Origin: Amoebophrya sp. A120
Lineage: Eukaryota; Protista; Dinoflagellata
Length of the DNA stretch: 64,000 nucleotides
Direction of reading: 5' to 3'
Assembly (NCBI GenBank): GCA_905178155.1
Contig: CAJINV010000010.1
Coordinates: 3,554,587 to 3,618,586 of the forward strand
The position numbers and the translations under genes were made by a program. The notes beneath the pieces were generated by a model. That model did no database searches. It worked only from the letters and a program-made list of their open reading frames with translations, and had not been told where the DNA came from. Positions 47,932 to 59,390 of the stretch are shown here, in pieces (the stretch's first letter is position 1; every line of letters starts with the position of its first letter).

Positions 47932-50900
47932 GTGATGCAATTATCAGACATTGTTACAGCAACATGCTCGGAGAATTGGAGGTGGTGGCCGTGCTTCATC
48001 TTCTCACTTTCGCCGTGTACAATTTCGCATGGAAGCAACAAGTTTTACGTCCTTGTCGGGCTCAAGAAATGCCAAAATTTCCTTTGCATACCACCCGGCG
48101 TCGATCCGGGTACAACTGCGGGCGGAGATTACACAACCAGCCCAACCGACGCCGACCGGCACGTCCAGCGGCACCTTTTCGAGGAGCTCCCGATTCCGGT
48201 CTGCCTGCACCACACCAGCGGGGTCGACCAGATCCAACTACCACCCTCGCTTTTCCGGGTGATCGAGGGGAAGCCCAAGGCGGTTGTGGTTCGCGAACAG
48301 GGAGAGTACAAAGCTGGTGCAAAAAGCGGTACAAACCTGAAAAGTAGTTCATCATCGGCTCCCGACAAAAACCCCCGCAACGTGATTCTCATGGTTTTCC
48401 TCTCCTTCAACACCCCGGAGTTCCGCGACTGTCCCGCGACCGTCCGCTTTTCAGCAGGAGCTTCGACGGTCAACAAAAGCAGCAAATTATCGGCGAATCA
48501 CGCGTTCGACGTCATTCGCATTGGTCTCCCGCTCCTGGCCCAGCTTGTGCACGCGCCGCGGCTGTTGTTGGCCCGTGAAATCTGCGACCGCACGTACTAC
48601 CAGTTGTTTTCGTTCGACTCCGTGGTGTTGTTAGCGGATCTGCAGGACATTTCCCTAACGGAAAAGATGGTGGAGAAATGTAGGTGGCTCGGCGTCCGAC
48701 AAATTTTTCTCGAGGAAAAGGACAATAAGTCGAAGATGGTAAACCATAATTCGGTGGGTGGATCAACTGCGGCAGCGGCTACCGTGGCGGACGGGAATAA
48801 GAACAGCGGGACTACTACATCATCATCAAATCCAACCGCAATGATTCCGTCCAACAAGCCAAGAAAAACGCTGTCGACCATCATGCTGGGGACGCAAGTG
48901 GATTTGGAGCAAGGGTCCAACTACCAGAAAGCGCTGCGGCGCGGGCACTTCACGCTGAATTTGTCTTACATCAACGTTTTGTGGAAACGGGTGTTGTCTA
49001 CCTCCACCCGCTACCTCACCGCGAGCGAATTCTGGACGAAGGAGTTGTTTCAGGAGAAAAAAGCGAGTACTAAGGAGCTACAACCGAAACGGAAAGAATT
49101 ACAGCGGTCATCTAAAAGTGGCCAGCAGATGAAAAAAAGCCTCGCGGAGCAGGAAACTGCGCTGGTGCTTGCTGCGCCGGGTGAAGACCACGACGAGGCA
49201 GATTTTTTCAACAAGACTCCTTTACACAAAAAAATCGCCGGGGCAACGGAAAAGCACTACGAGTCTTCGGTGTTCAACGCGTTCATCGCAAATCACGTGG
49301 TCCCAGACAACAGCCGACACATTGATCTGCATAACGAAATTCAGTGGTTTGAGAAATACGCGAAGACGATCGGCTCGTCGGAAAGAGACGGCGGTGGTCA
49401 TGGTGGATTTATTTCGAGGAAGCAGCAGCATTTTCCTCCCCAGTTCGAGAAGTGGTGGGATTCGTGGCACGACCGCCATACGACGACCTTCGAAGTAGAT
49501 GAAGATGCAGGTGAACGAACAACAACTGACAGAAAACCTACTTCTCGCCAGCGTGCTGCCACTGAGGAGACGGAATTCTCTGTCGCGACGTCGAGCAGCG
49601 GTGGATCGGAGGTCGGCAGTGAAACGGAAGTAGATGCGGGAGAAGAGGACGAGGAGGAGAAAAGATTTGGCCGAGGTGGTTCAGCGGAAAAAGTTAGAAC
49701 TGGATCAGCCACAGCTTTCTCTCCCGCCACGAAGCGCCGCCGGTTGAACGCGGCATTTGGGGACGGACGCAATGGATATGGAGGGGAAGTAGATGATGTT
49801 AATGCCGCCGCGGAGGTGCAAAACTACGACCTTGTACAACTGGACCAAAGGCTAGCTAAACCACTGACGAAAAAGGGGAAGAAAAAGCGGCGGTACTTCG
49901 CTTCCCTGGGTAGTTACAACGCAGGTGCTGTTGCTCCAGGGAGCAGGGGCAACGGCCTCAACAATCACCTCCCAGAAACCCGGTTGAAGAACCTCTTCGA
50001 GCCGTTCGAGGCCCAGCTGCCCTATTAAAATGAAAAATGCCCCCACCCCAGAACTTGGCAACTATATCAGCATTACAAATTTTCCATGCTGAATAGCTCA
50101 ATAAATTTGTGTTGCAAAGGAGCCCAACAGCAGCCGGGTCTGCCACGCAAAAAACACCTAGCGCACCTAGATTCTGCACCAGAAAGGCGTGTAGTCCTTT
50201 CATGCAACACAAAAAGCTTTCACTTGGAAACCTTGCATGAGAAAGTTTTGCAAATTCAGGGGTGGTGGCATTTTTCACTGTAATATACCCCATGTTCTCT
50301 TCTGCCGCATCACGGGCGAGCATTCGCTGCTGCCGTCCGATATCAACTGCAAAAGTGTCTAGGTCTGGAAACTTGTAATGCTGCGTTGGGAATAGTGAGC
50401 GCTGTGTGATGCACAGGCGAGCATGAGAAATATCTGCGCTTCTTTGTGTTGCGTTTTTCGCGTGACAAACTGCGTTTTTGCATGACAGGCAAAAGGATCT
50501 CTTCTTTGACACGCATCACAAGTTTTTTGGTCATGCCGGACAAGCATGACAAATCTCAAAATCTTCCAGACCCAGACACTTTTGCATTTGATATCCGACC
50601 ACCAGATGCAGCCGCTGCAGGGGTTGCACATCATGTCGCCCTTTGACACGATTGACCCCAACACGCTAAGTATCCTGTGTAAAAACGTCCTCGCCCCAGA
50701 GATGCAATGCAAATCTGCATGCCAAAAAAGTTTGTCATGCGGAGCCCAATGAGAAGCATTATCTAGTCGCGTTTTGGAATTTGTGATGCTAGAATCAGCA
50801 TGATCTGGTAGTTCTGTGTTGCTGCTGAACTAGCTGAAGAGGATCGCACTATAAGGGCAAAGTTGTCATGCTAAACAACCAAAGCTGGTGGATTTGTTTA

Positions 50901-53900
50901 GCAGATTTCCCATCTTGACTACGGGGCGGGGACGTTTTCCCACAGGATACTAAGACTCTCCGGCGCGTCAATGATTAGCGACCTGAAACTCTCCGACGTG
51001 TATCAATTGCGAATACGTCCGTGTGTCTCGCAGTGTGCAAACTTGTGATGCGGAGTCTCGAATGGAGAACAGTCTGTCTTGCAGAATCAGCAGGAGGTAT
51101 GTGCTTTTTGTCTTCCGAAGAGAGCTCTTGTCATGCAGGCTTGGCATGAAGGAGCCTCTGCGGATCTTGTCATGCTCGGCTTGCATGCCAGAACTTCTCG
51201 CAGGTCTAAGAAATGCAAGACAAACTTCTGCACTCTTCCAGCGCCAGCCGCAGACATATTTGCAGTGGATAACGTGCTCATTTGCCGGGACAGCAGCACG
51301 TCCAGCTACGCGCAGGCGGTCGCACTGCACATCCAGACGGCGACGGTCTTCTGGCTGGAGCAGTGTCTGCTAAAACGAAAATGTTTTTCCGTGAACGCCG
51401 ACAAAAGGAGGTTTGCCGTCCACGGCTTCGCGAAGGCGCACGTGGCGTGGCGCAAGCGGTACCTGGAGGGCTTCGTCTTTCTGCTCGAAGACCACCTGAT
51501 GGAAAAGGAGTCGGATAAACTGCGGATGCAGTACATGATTTGGCACGGCGGGGGCAACTGCACGACGTACCCCGACGACCCGGGCATCACGCACGTGGTG
51601 GTCCACCCAACCGCGCCACCCTTCGTGCGCCGGCGAGTAGGGAGTCGGTACACTATGAACTGCAAAAGAATCGTACTCGTATAAATGCATTACAAATTTC
51701 CTCAGCATGAGAAATAAAATTTGTAATGCGGATTTACCTTAACAAAAGGATTTGGAATGCATGATTGCAATACGAGTGCGATACTTTTGCACAGGATATA
51801 CTCTACCGGTGACGAAGACGAGGACGTGAGTTTCGTTTCCACCATGTGGGTATCAAATGCAAATGTGTCTGGGTATGGAAGCTTGTGATGCTAAAATGTG
51901 GATGATGGAAACAGTTTCGAATGCAACTTTGCATGACAACTTTATTCAAGAACGCTTTCTCATAGGCAATCCGCATGAGAAACTGCGTGCTTGCATGTAC
52001 AAACGACGCTGCGACTTTTGTTGGTTATGCAATACAGATTGCCTAGGTATGGAAAGCGAGCATTAAAAGTTCCAATCTTCCAGACCCAGACGTTTTTGCA
52101 TTTGATAGTGGGTCGAGGACTGCTTCTACCAGGAAGGGTACCTGCCGGAAATCAAAGCGTTGAACGTGCGGACAGAACTGGATTTCAAGATGGAGCAGCA
52201 GCACGGGGTGCTTTTACCAGATCCGGGGAAGAACGATATCCAGCCTATCATGAACGAGGACGGGTCGACCGCGTTCTTTGGAGGGTCTCTCCCACCAGGT
52301 GCAGCTGTTCCAACCAAACCGATCTTTTTGCAGAAAAATTCCACAGCGAGTATCTTCGGAGACCCTTCCAACGGCGGTGCACCAGGGCAGCTGCTTCAGC
52401 AGCAGCACGGGGGCGGGGCAGCAAATAATGCGACAGGCCTTTTCAGCGCTGGTGGTTTATTTCCCGCCGGGAGTGGCGCTAGCAACTCAGCAATGTTTGG
52501 CGCAAGTCGTAGTTCTTCTGATCAAAATTATCTGCAACAAAACACCACTATGACAAACCTTTTCAACGCGAACTTGCACCAACACAACGCCCCGTCCACC
52601 CCGGCGAACTCGGTGGTCAGCTCCGGGAGTCAGGAGCAGCGGGAATTTCCGAAGTCGGGGTACCTGATATCATTTGGAAAAACGTCCCCACTCCAGAGTT
52701 GTCATGCAGATTTGCAATGACAGGAACATTTGTAATGCGCATCGCCAGGAGAGGCATTTCTAGTCGTGTTTTAGCATTTGTAATGCTATAAACAGGATAA
52801 GCAGCTGGATTTCTGATGCGGCTGGCCTTGCTAACCTGAACTACACTCCGGACGGCAACTTGTGATGCGTGACCCCCAAAAGTTCTCGGTTTATGTAGTA
52901 AAGTCCCCATCTTGACTCTGGGGTGGGGATGTTTTTACTCAGGATACGTGAAACTCGAGAAATCCGCACTGGATCCGAATATCAGCCACTGTTTCGAAAA
53001 CAAGCTGCTCGCCATCAGCAGCGACGGCACGAAGGTGGGCGACCAGCGCATGAAAAAGGTCGGCACCACGGCGCTGAAACGCGGCGGGGCGCTCTGTTTT
53101 GGGGACGAGGTGTACAAGCGGGAAAAGGAAATCGACTACTTCGTTTTGGATCACGGGGTGAAATTGAGCGAGGCGTTCCCCCATTTGAAACGCCGGGAGG
53201 AGCTGCGGACGGACCGGGTGGTCTCGTTGATTTGGGTGGCGTTTTCGGCTATCAAATGCAAAAATGTCTGGGTCTGGAACAAAGCAACTTGTCATGCTAA
53301 ATCTGAATCATGTAAAGATCTGTGTTGCATCATTACCAAAAGCTGTCGACTTTTGACCTAATCGAGAGGCAGTTTCTCATGCAGAATAGGCATGATAGAT
53401 CTCTCACAGAATCTGTCATGCTATGTCCTACATACCAGACCTCATGGGTCATGGAAAGCCTGCATGACAAGTCTGGCACTCTTCCAGACCCAGACATTTT
53501 CACATTTGATATCGACCCGGCAGGGGCGCCTGATGATTCCCGTGATAAACAAATGGTACCCGATGTGGAATCCTTGTCGGGTATGCATTGCAAAAATGTC
53601 TGCGTCTGCAAACATGGAACTTGTAATGCTAGTCCTGCATTCCACCTGTAAGATCTGTATTGCATGAACTCATTTGTCATATAAAAGTGCAGCTTGTCAT
53701 GCGAAATGCGCATCACAAAGTGGTAGTTCGGCAAGCTTGTCATGCTTGGCTGCCTTGTGAAGTATAATTTCAGTCGTGCACAGTTCAGCATTAGAAGTTT
53801 CCAGACCCAGACATGTTTGCGTTTGATATCTGGAGCGGTTCTGCAACTCACTCCTGAACAACCCGGACGTGCACACGGAGGCGGACCCCCGGGTTATCAA

Positions 53901-56900
53901 GTGCAAAAATGTCTGGGTCCGGAAGAATGCATGTTTGTCATGCTTGTCTGGCATGACTCTTGAATCTGTCATGCACGTTACCCAAGCGCTCCATTTTTCT
54001 GTCATGCAGAAACGCTGTTTGTCATGCAGAATAGGCAACACCTAGAAGGAGCTCGGAAGCTTGTCATGCTGGGCCGGCACTTGTGGCCTCATCATAATAC
54101 GCCACCCAGCATCACAAGTTTCCAGACCCAGACATTTTTGCATTTGATACGGGTTTTCACCCTCCACTTCTTCGGCCTGAACCGGAAATCCGACCCGGAG
54201 GCGGCCTATCTGAAGGTCCTGGCGCACGAACTTGGGGTATGCATTGCAAAAGTATCGAGTCCTAGTATAAATGGCAATGCAAATAATTCTCCTAGAAGAA
54301 GAAGAAGCGCAATTTGTAATGCTGATTTGCCCTATGCCATTTAGATCTGCCATGCGCAACTGCGATCAGTACGAGTGTGACACTTTTGCACAGCATACGG
54401 GGCGAAATCCGACAACAAGTGGCAGGAGGTGAGCCACATCGTGGTGGGCAAGGACGTACTGGAGCGGTGTAACGGCTTCAAAATGAAAATTCCGGAGAAA
54501 CTAGCCGTCGCGTTCAACAGTGGGGTGCGGATCGGGCACAAAGACCCGGAACTCTCGAACGTGAACAAGGACTCGGGAAAGTTCTGGAAGTATTTGGAGA
54601 AACTGGATGTCGGTGACGCGAAGGAATACTCCCAGCTGGTGCAACAGCAAACGCAAGGGTATTTATCACTTGCGGGCGGTAGTTGTAAGAACGGGGGAGC
54701 TGCTGCAGCGTCCTCTTCTTCAAATAAAACCCAAACCGGGAATCCCGCCGCCGCAGTCACCGACTCGCAATATCTGCAGAGTCTGAACACGCAACAGAAG
54801 AATAACGAGGAACGAATGCAGGAGTCTTTTTCCGTGCTGGACCAAAGTACTATGGCGTTTTTTCCGAAAACGCAAAAGATTCCCGACGGTAGCAACAAAG
54901 AAGGGCAAAACCACGATCCGTCGCAAGTGGACCAGCTTCCGGTAGTGGCGGCGAGTACGAGTGCACTAGTAGCCGGATCAGCAGCAGCAAAGGAGAACTC
55001 CTTGCCCGCGTCTGGCATTACAAATAGTGCGCCCAGTTACAACTCTCTGATTCTCGACGCGAAGGACAAACCTTCGGCCGATTTTCTGTTCGTAGAAAAG
55101 ATCTTTGAGTACCTCCAGCGCGGCAAGCCGGTGGTGGGTTTTGGCTGGCTGTGCGACGTGTACGCCGGGGCGAAGTTCAAATCGCCAAAAGAGTACGAAG
55201 TCTTTCACACCCTAGACGACGTGGACGAGGAGACCAAAAACGTGAAAATTCTCGAGTACAACCCGCACGAGAAGCAGTGGTACCTGGTGTTGAAACCAAA
55301 AGAACAAAATCGGGACAACTGGTGGCCCCTCAGCATGACAGTCCGGTATCAACTGCAAAAATGCCTGAGTCTGGAAACTTGTAATGCTGCGCTGGGAAAA
55401 ATAGTGGATGCTCTGTGATCATGCACAGGCAAGCATGAGAAATATCTGCGCTTCTTTGTGTTGCGTTTTTCGCATGAGAAAGTGCGTTTTTGCATGACAG
55501 GCAAAAGGGTCTCTTCTTGGACACGCGTCACAAACTTTTTGGTCATGCCAGACAAGCATGACAAATCTCGCAATCTTCCATTCACGACACTATTTGCATT
55601 TGATATCCGGAGCCTCGCGGCCAGTCGGAGTCACGCGAGTAGGAAGTTGCAGCAGATGAACAATGGAAAGAACAAGACTTATCCTGAGTAAAAACGTCTG
55701 TACCCCATAGTCAAGGTGGGAACTTTGCAACACAAGTCCAGCACAGTTTTGGGAGTCACGCATGACAAATTTTCTATAGGACTAGAAATGCCTCTCATGC
55801 GGATGCGCATGACAAGCGTTCCTGCAATTGCAAACCTGCATGACATTTTTGCTCAGCATATGACTCCCAGCAATGCTAGCGACAATGCGCGCTTGCAAAT
55901 GCACTCGCGGACGCGGTCGCAGTTTGTGGGGCAGGCGTTCAAGATTTCCCCGACGGCCGTGTTGCGGTACTACAACGATCAGAGACTGGATCTGCTGCAG
56001 TTTCTCTCACAGGATCTGAAAACGGTGATTGTGCAGGACGACGACCGGGAATTGATTCGCGAAAACGGCTATCAAATGTAAAAATGTCTGAGTCTGGAAG
56101 ATTCTGACACTTGTCATGCACGTTTTGCATGAGCCCTGATGCCTGTGATGCATGCCCTAGCAATACAGACTTTCTGAGGGCCTCTTGATGCCTATTCCGC
56201 ATGACAGATGCCTTCTCAGCGTAGCAAAAATTGCATTCCCTTTGGTACTCATGCAATACAGATTTTTTTGGAATCCAAACGCAGCATCACAAGTTGCATT
56301 CTTCCAGACCCAGACATTTTTACATTTGATAACGGCAAGAAAATCCTCCACCTCGCCAGTGCGGACTACGATGACCCGGAAACCCTGCTCAAGCTCTATA
56401 ACTTGCTCAGGTGTTACAATCTCAAGCGTTACACTAGAATATAGAAATCTGTGATGCAGGAAGTGCATGATCTGCCGTAGTCTCATCGGTTTGCGCATGA
56501 CAAGCTTGGGCACCCAAAACGACCCCATTGATATGTGGCGAAATTTGTATTGCGAAGGGCGCAACGCTACGTACGTTCCTCATGCTCTTCATGCAAGGCA
56601 AAATCCAGACTCTATTGTAAACGTTTGAGATTGTAACGTTTGAGAACTCCATAAGCTCTGGCCCGAGTGCGAGCCGGTCGTGAACATCACCACGCAACAG
56701 GCAATATCCAGTGCAAAAGTATCTGATACTCGTATTGCAGTCATGCATTACAAATCTTTTTCTTGAGGTAAATGCGCATTACAAATTTTGTTTCTCATGC
56801 TGAGGAAATTTGTCATGCGATTTCTACTAGTATCTGATACTTTTGCAGTTCATAGGGAAAACAGTTGCAGCAGTACTGCGAACGAAACGTAGAACAGGCG

Positions 56901-57542
56901 AAACACATTCCGCGGGGAGTATATGGATGTGTCAGAGTTGAAATCGACAAAGTTGAAATAATTTGTCATGCATAAAATGGATGCCAGTTGGAACCCAGTT
57001 TCCAAGTGGCGCATGACAAATTTCGGTGGTCCCTAAATCCAGTGTGTCATGCTGTTTAGGCAAAGAAGAGCGATTTTCTCATGCTACTTTAGCAGCTCGA
57101 GTTGTAACCCCAAACAGGCTTACAATCGGCCTCACTTGCCTGCTCTGCAACACGAGTGCCTCGGGTCATGCATTTTATGCATGACAAATTATTTCAACTT
57201 TGTCGATTTCAAACCTGACACATCCATATAGTAGTGGACTTGAAGTGGCTCATGGAGTGCGACAAGCAGAAGCGAATTTTGCCAATCGACCATTTTTTGC
57301 TGTTTCAAAAATCCGAGGAAGAATCCTACCGGGACGGGCTGAAGTCGATGCAGATCAATGACGAGCCCATCCGGTACACGCAGGAAGAAGACCAGGTGGA
57401 CGTCATCTGGTACCAGGAACCCTTATTCAAGCCGGAAGACGACGATGATCTCACCGCTGAGGAGCTTCGCCGGGAACGCGCACGAAAATGGCACGCGGAG
57501 GGGGTGGCGTGGAAGGAGAAGCGGTTGAAGGAGCTGAAGTAG
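47932..57542 (+). CDS. Multi-BRCT protein, TopBP1/Rad4/Cut5/Dpb11-like; 17 TIR introns; 5' end uncertain
   Basis: The spliced frame gives repeated BRCT signatures: TVFWLEQCL, ITHVVV...VSTMWVEDC, IDYFVL...VSLIWVAFS, VSHIVVG...PVVGFGWLCDV and VVDLKWLMECDKQKRILP. The C-terminus EPIRYTQEEDQVDVIWYQEP...RRERAR resembles the TopBP1 ATR-activation region. Stop at 57542. Confidence 0.75.
50023..50285. mobile_element. Introner, family D
   Basis: TSD tgccc/taccc; join EAQLP|HVLFC. Confidence 0.88.
50341..50593. mobile_element. Introner, family A (near copy of 55347-55605)
   Basis: TSD tccga/tccga; join LLPSD|HQMQP. Confidence 0.9.
50671..50949. mobile_element. Introner, family E
   Basis: TSD ctaag/ctaag; join PNTLR|LSGAS. 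Confidence 0.9.
51001..51271. mobile_element. Introner, family A (diverged)
   Basis: TSD acgtg/acgtg; join LSDV|LICRD. Confidence 0.82.
51654..51798. mobile_element. Introner, family B
   Basis: TSD tacac/tactc; reverse complement of the 5041 and 56705 copies. Confidence 0.9.
51851..52107. mobile_element. Introner, family A
   Basis: TSD gtggg/gtggg; join STMW|VEDC rebuilds the BRCT WxxDC motif. Confidence 0.92.
52668..52946. mobile_element. Introner, family E
   Basis: TSD cctga/cgtga; in-frame join to KLEKSAL. Confidence 0.88.
53250..53511. mobile_element. Introner, family A
   Basis: TSD tcggc/tcgac; in-frame join to RQGRLMIP. Confidence 0.9.
53582..53828. mobile_element. Introner, family A
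   Basis: TSD tcggg/tctgg; in-frame join to ERFCNS. Confidence 0.85.
53895..54149. mobile_element. Introner, family A
   Basis: TSD cgggt/cgggt; join ADPRV|FTLHFF. Confidence 0.9.
54238..54397. mobile_element. Introner, family B (diverged)
   Basis: TSD tgggg/cgggg; join HELG|AKSD. Confidence 0.82.
55347..55605. mobile_element. Introner, family A
   Basis: TSD tccgg/tccgg; join MTVR|SLAAS. Confidence 0.9.
55680..55860. mobile_element. Introner, family E (shorter; inverted relative to 52668-52946)
   Basis: TSD agact/tgact; join KNKT|PSNAS. Confidence 0.85.
56070..56331. mobile_element. Introner, family A (inverted relative to 53250-53511)
   Basis: TSD acggc/acggc; join RENG|KKILH. Confidence 0.9.
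56406..56644. mobile_element. TIR intron element, family H
   Basis: ctcaggtgttacaatctcaagcgttaca / tgtaaacgtttgagattgtaacgtttgag; exact junction unresolved. Confidence 0.7.
56705..56854. mobile_element. Introner, family B (inverted relative to 51654-51798)
   Basis: TSD ggcaa/gggaa; in-frame join to KQLQQYC. Confidence 0.88.
56922..57228. mobile_element. Introner, family C
   Basis: About 55-bp TIR shared with 11216-11523; TSD gagta/tagta; join PRGV|VDLKWL. Confidence 0.9.
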
Positions 57543-59390
57543 GGGAGTGTTGATGAACATGGCAGCAGTTCGTGTTATTTGGTAAGAATTTTGGGAATGA
57601 GACCTTGTGCAAGACGAAGATTCATGTCGATCACGACCAGTTATTGTGCACCCAGAATTTCAATGTGTTGCGGCTTCATGATAACAAATTGCCAGGCTAG
57701 AACGTTGTTGCGCTATTTTCTTCCCTTTCCATATGCGAAATGCGGGCGGAGGCGGTGTTGGCGCGGGTGAAGCCACTAGCTCCACATCGGGGGCGATGCG
57801 GAACAAAAAGTGAGAGTCCAGGATGAAAAGGAACGCGAAGAATGAGGTAGTGACAATCAAGATTGGTCGTTGCACTTGAAGTTCACAAACAAACGCTCTC
57901 GTACTGCAGAGAAAAACCAACCTGGAACATCATGCTGCAGATGGACCAAAATGAAGTTGGAAGAACAATAAAACAATTTCGCTGCGCCTAATCTCTCTGA
58001 TGGTCACAAACAGGAAGTGCTACAAACCGTTTCCCTCGGATACCGTGGGTGGTTGCTATCTAAATTGATATATGTTCTTTATTCTTCCTTATTTTAGTAC
58101 AAGAGCCTGAGCACTGGTTCCTAGTCTCGAGCGAAGGAGGTATTTGCACGGCCGAGCGGCGCGTGAGCGTGGGGCATTACTTTGAGAAAAAGGAAACTCA
58201 GGAGACCGAGGAGAAGCCGTGAGCTTTTCAGAGTGACTGAGTGCTTGTACCTAGACGAAAGGTGCGTATTGCGGTGAGAGCGATATGGCAAGAACTTGCT
58301 GTAGTAATGAACCTGGAGAACTCTGCCACTGTAAGATGGTCTGCATCTACCGGGGGCACACGCGCGGCCCCCGTGTGCAGGATGGGCCCTGCGCCGGCTG
58401 CCTCCGCGCGCGGTTGGTCGCCGACCTGTTCAGCTTCCAAAATTTTTCGGGCAACGAATGACGGAAGTGGCGCCGGCGCATTTCGTCGCCCAAAGCTGTA
58501 GGCACTTTGATCGCGTTGCGGGTTCCTGCTCACGCCGCCCGCCGGCGGCGCCACTGCGCGGCCTCGGGGTCTGCCCGGGCGCAGCGAAGCGGCAGAGGCC
58601 CGCCGGCGTACTAGTCGGCTCGCCCGTGCGTGCGGTGCACCATCGGCGCAGCAGACCCGTCCTGCGGCCGGGGCCTTGGACAGGGGCGGCGGAAGCTCCA
58701 GCGCGGCGCGGCTCCGTGTTTCTTTTCTTTGTGGGCGCGCCGTCGTTCTGGCGCGGTGCGCACGCGATTGCCGCGGCTATCCGCATAGCCGCCTATCGCT
58801 TTCTCACCCAGGACAGCCGCCACCGTCCCGGGCCTCTGTGGCGCTCAGGCTGCGTGCATTTCCTAGAAGAGTCTTGTGCTAAATTATTTCCCAGAAGCGT
58901 GAAGCCCTTCAGCTATGGCGCCCCGGTGCCAGTTTCTTATCAGCAACTGTTCGTCGGCGACATTCTTTCGTGCATTGAAGCGCCTGCATCGTGGTCTCGT
59001 TGGCAAGCTTAGCGGCTTCTCGTTTTGCTATCTGAGTTGAAAGATTCTTGAACTCCCGGTATCACGACCCGCTTTTGAGGGTCGCAGATCCGGGAATGCT
59101 GGCGCCTCGGGCGGCTTGTCGTGGATTACAGGACTTGTATAAAAAGAATATTGCACACTGCTGGCGCTAAGTAATTGCTCACCCACGCATGAAAGGTTAC
59201 CAGATGAAGACAAAGCTCATGCTGCATCTGATTAAAAAACATTTTGAGAAGTTATACGGGTGAATAAGAATACTTAACAACAAAATCTTCGACTTCAGGT
59301 CTCCACCGGGGCCGGCCCATCCTCGTTACCTACCCACTCAACATCGCTACTTACGAACGAATCGATGCGCTGGCCCCCCCCGGTTGGCGC

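Noticed and set aside
1037-57228. Recurring ORF peptides such as [28 protein letters not shown] and IKCKNVWVW as a protein repeat family
   Set aside because: These are translations of family-A TIRs in different frames, not real coding sequence.
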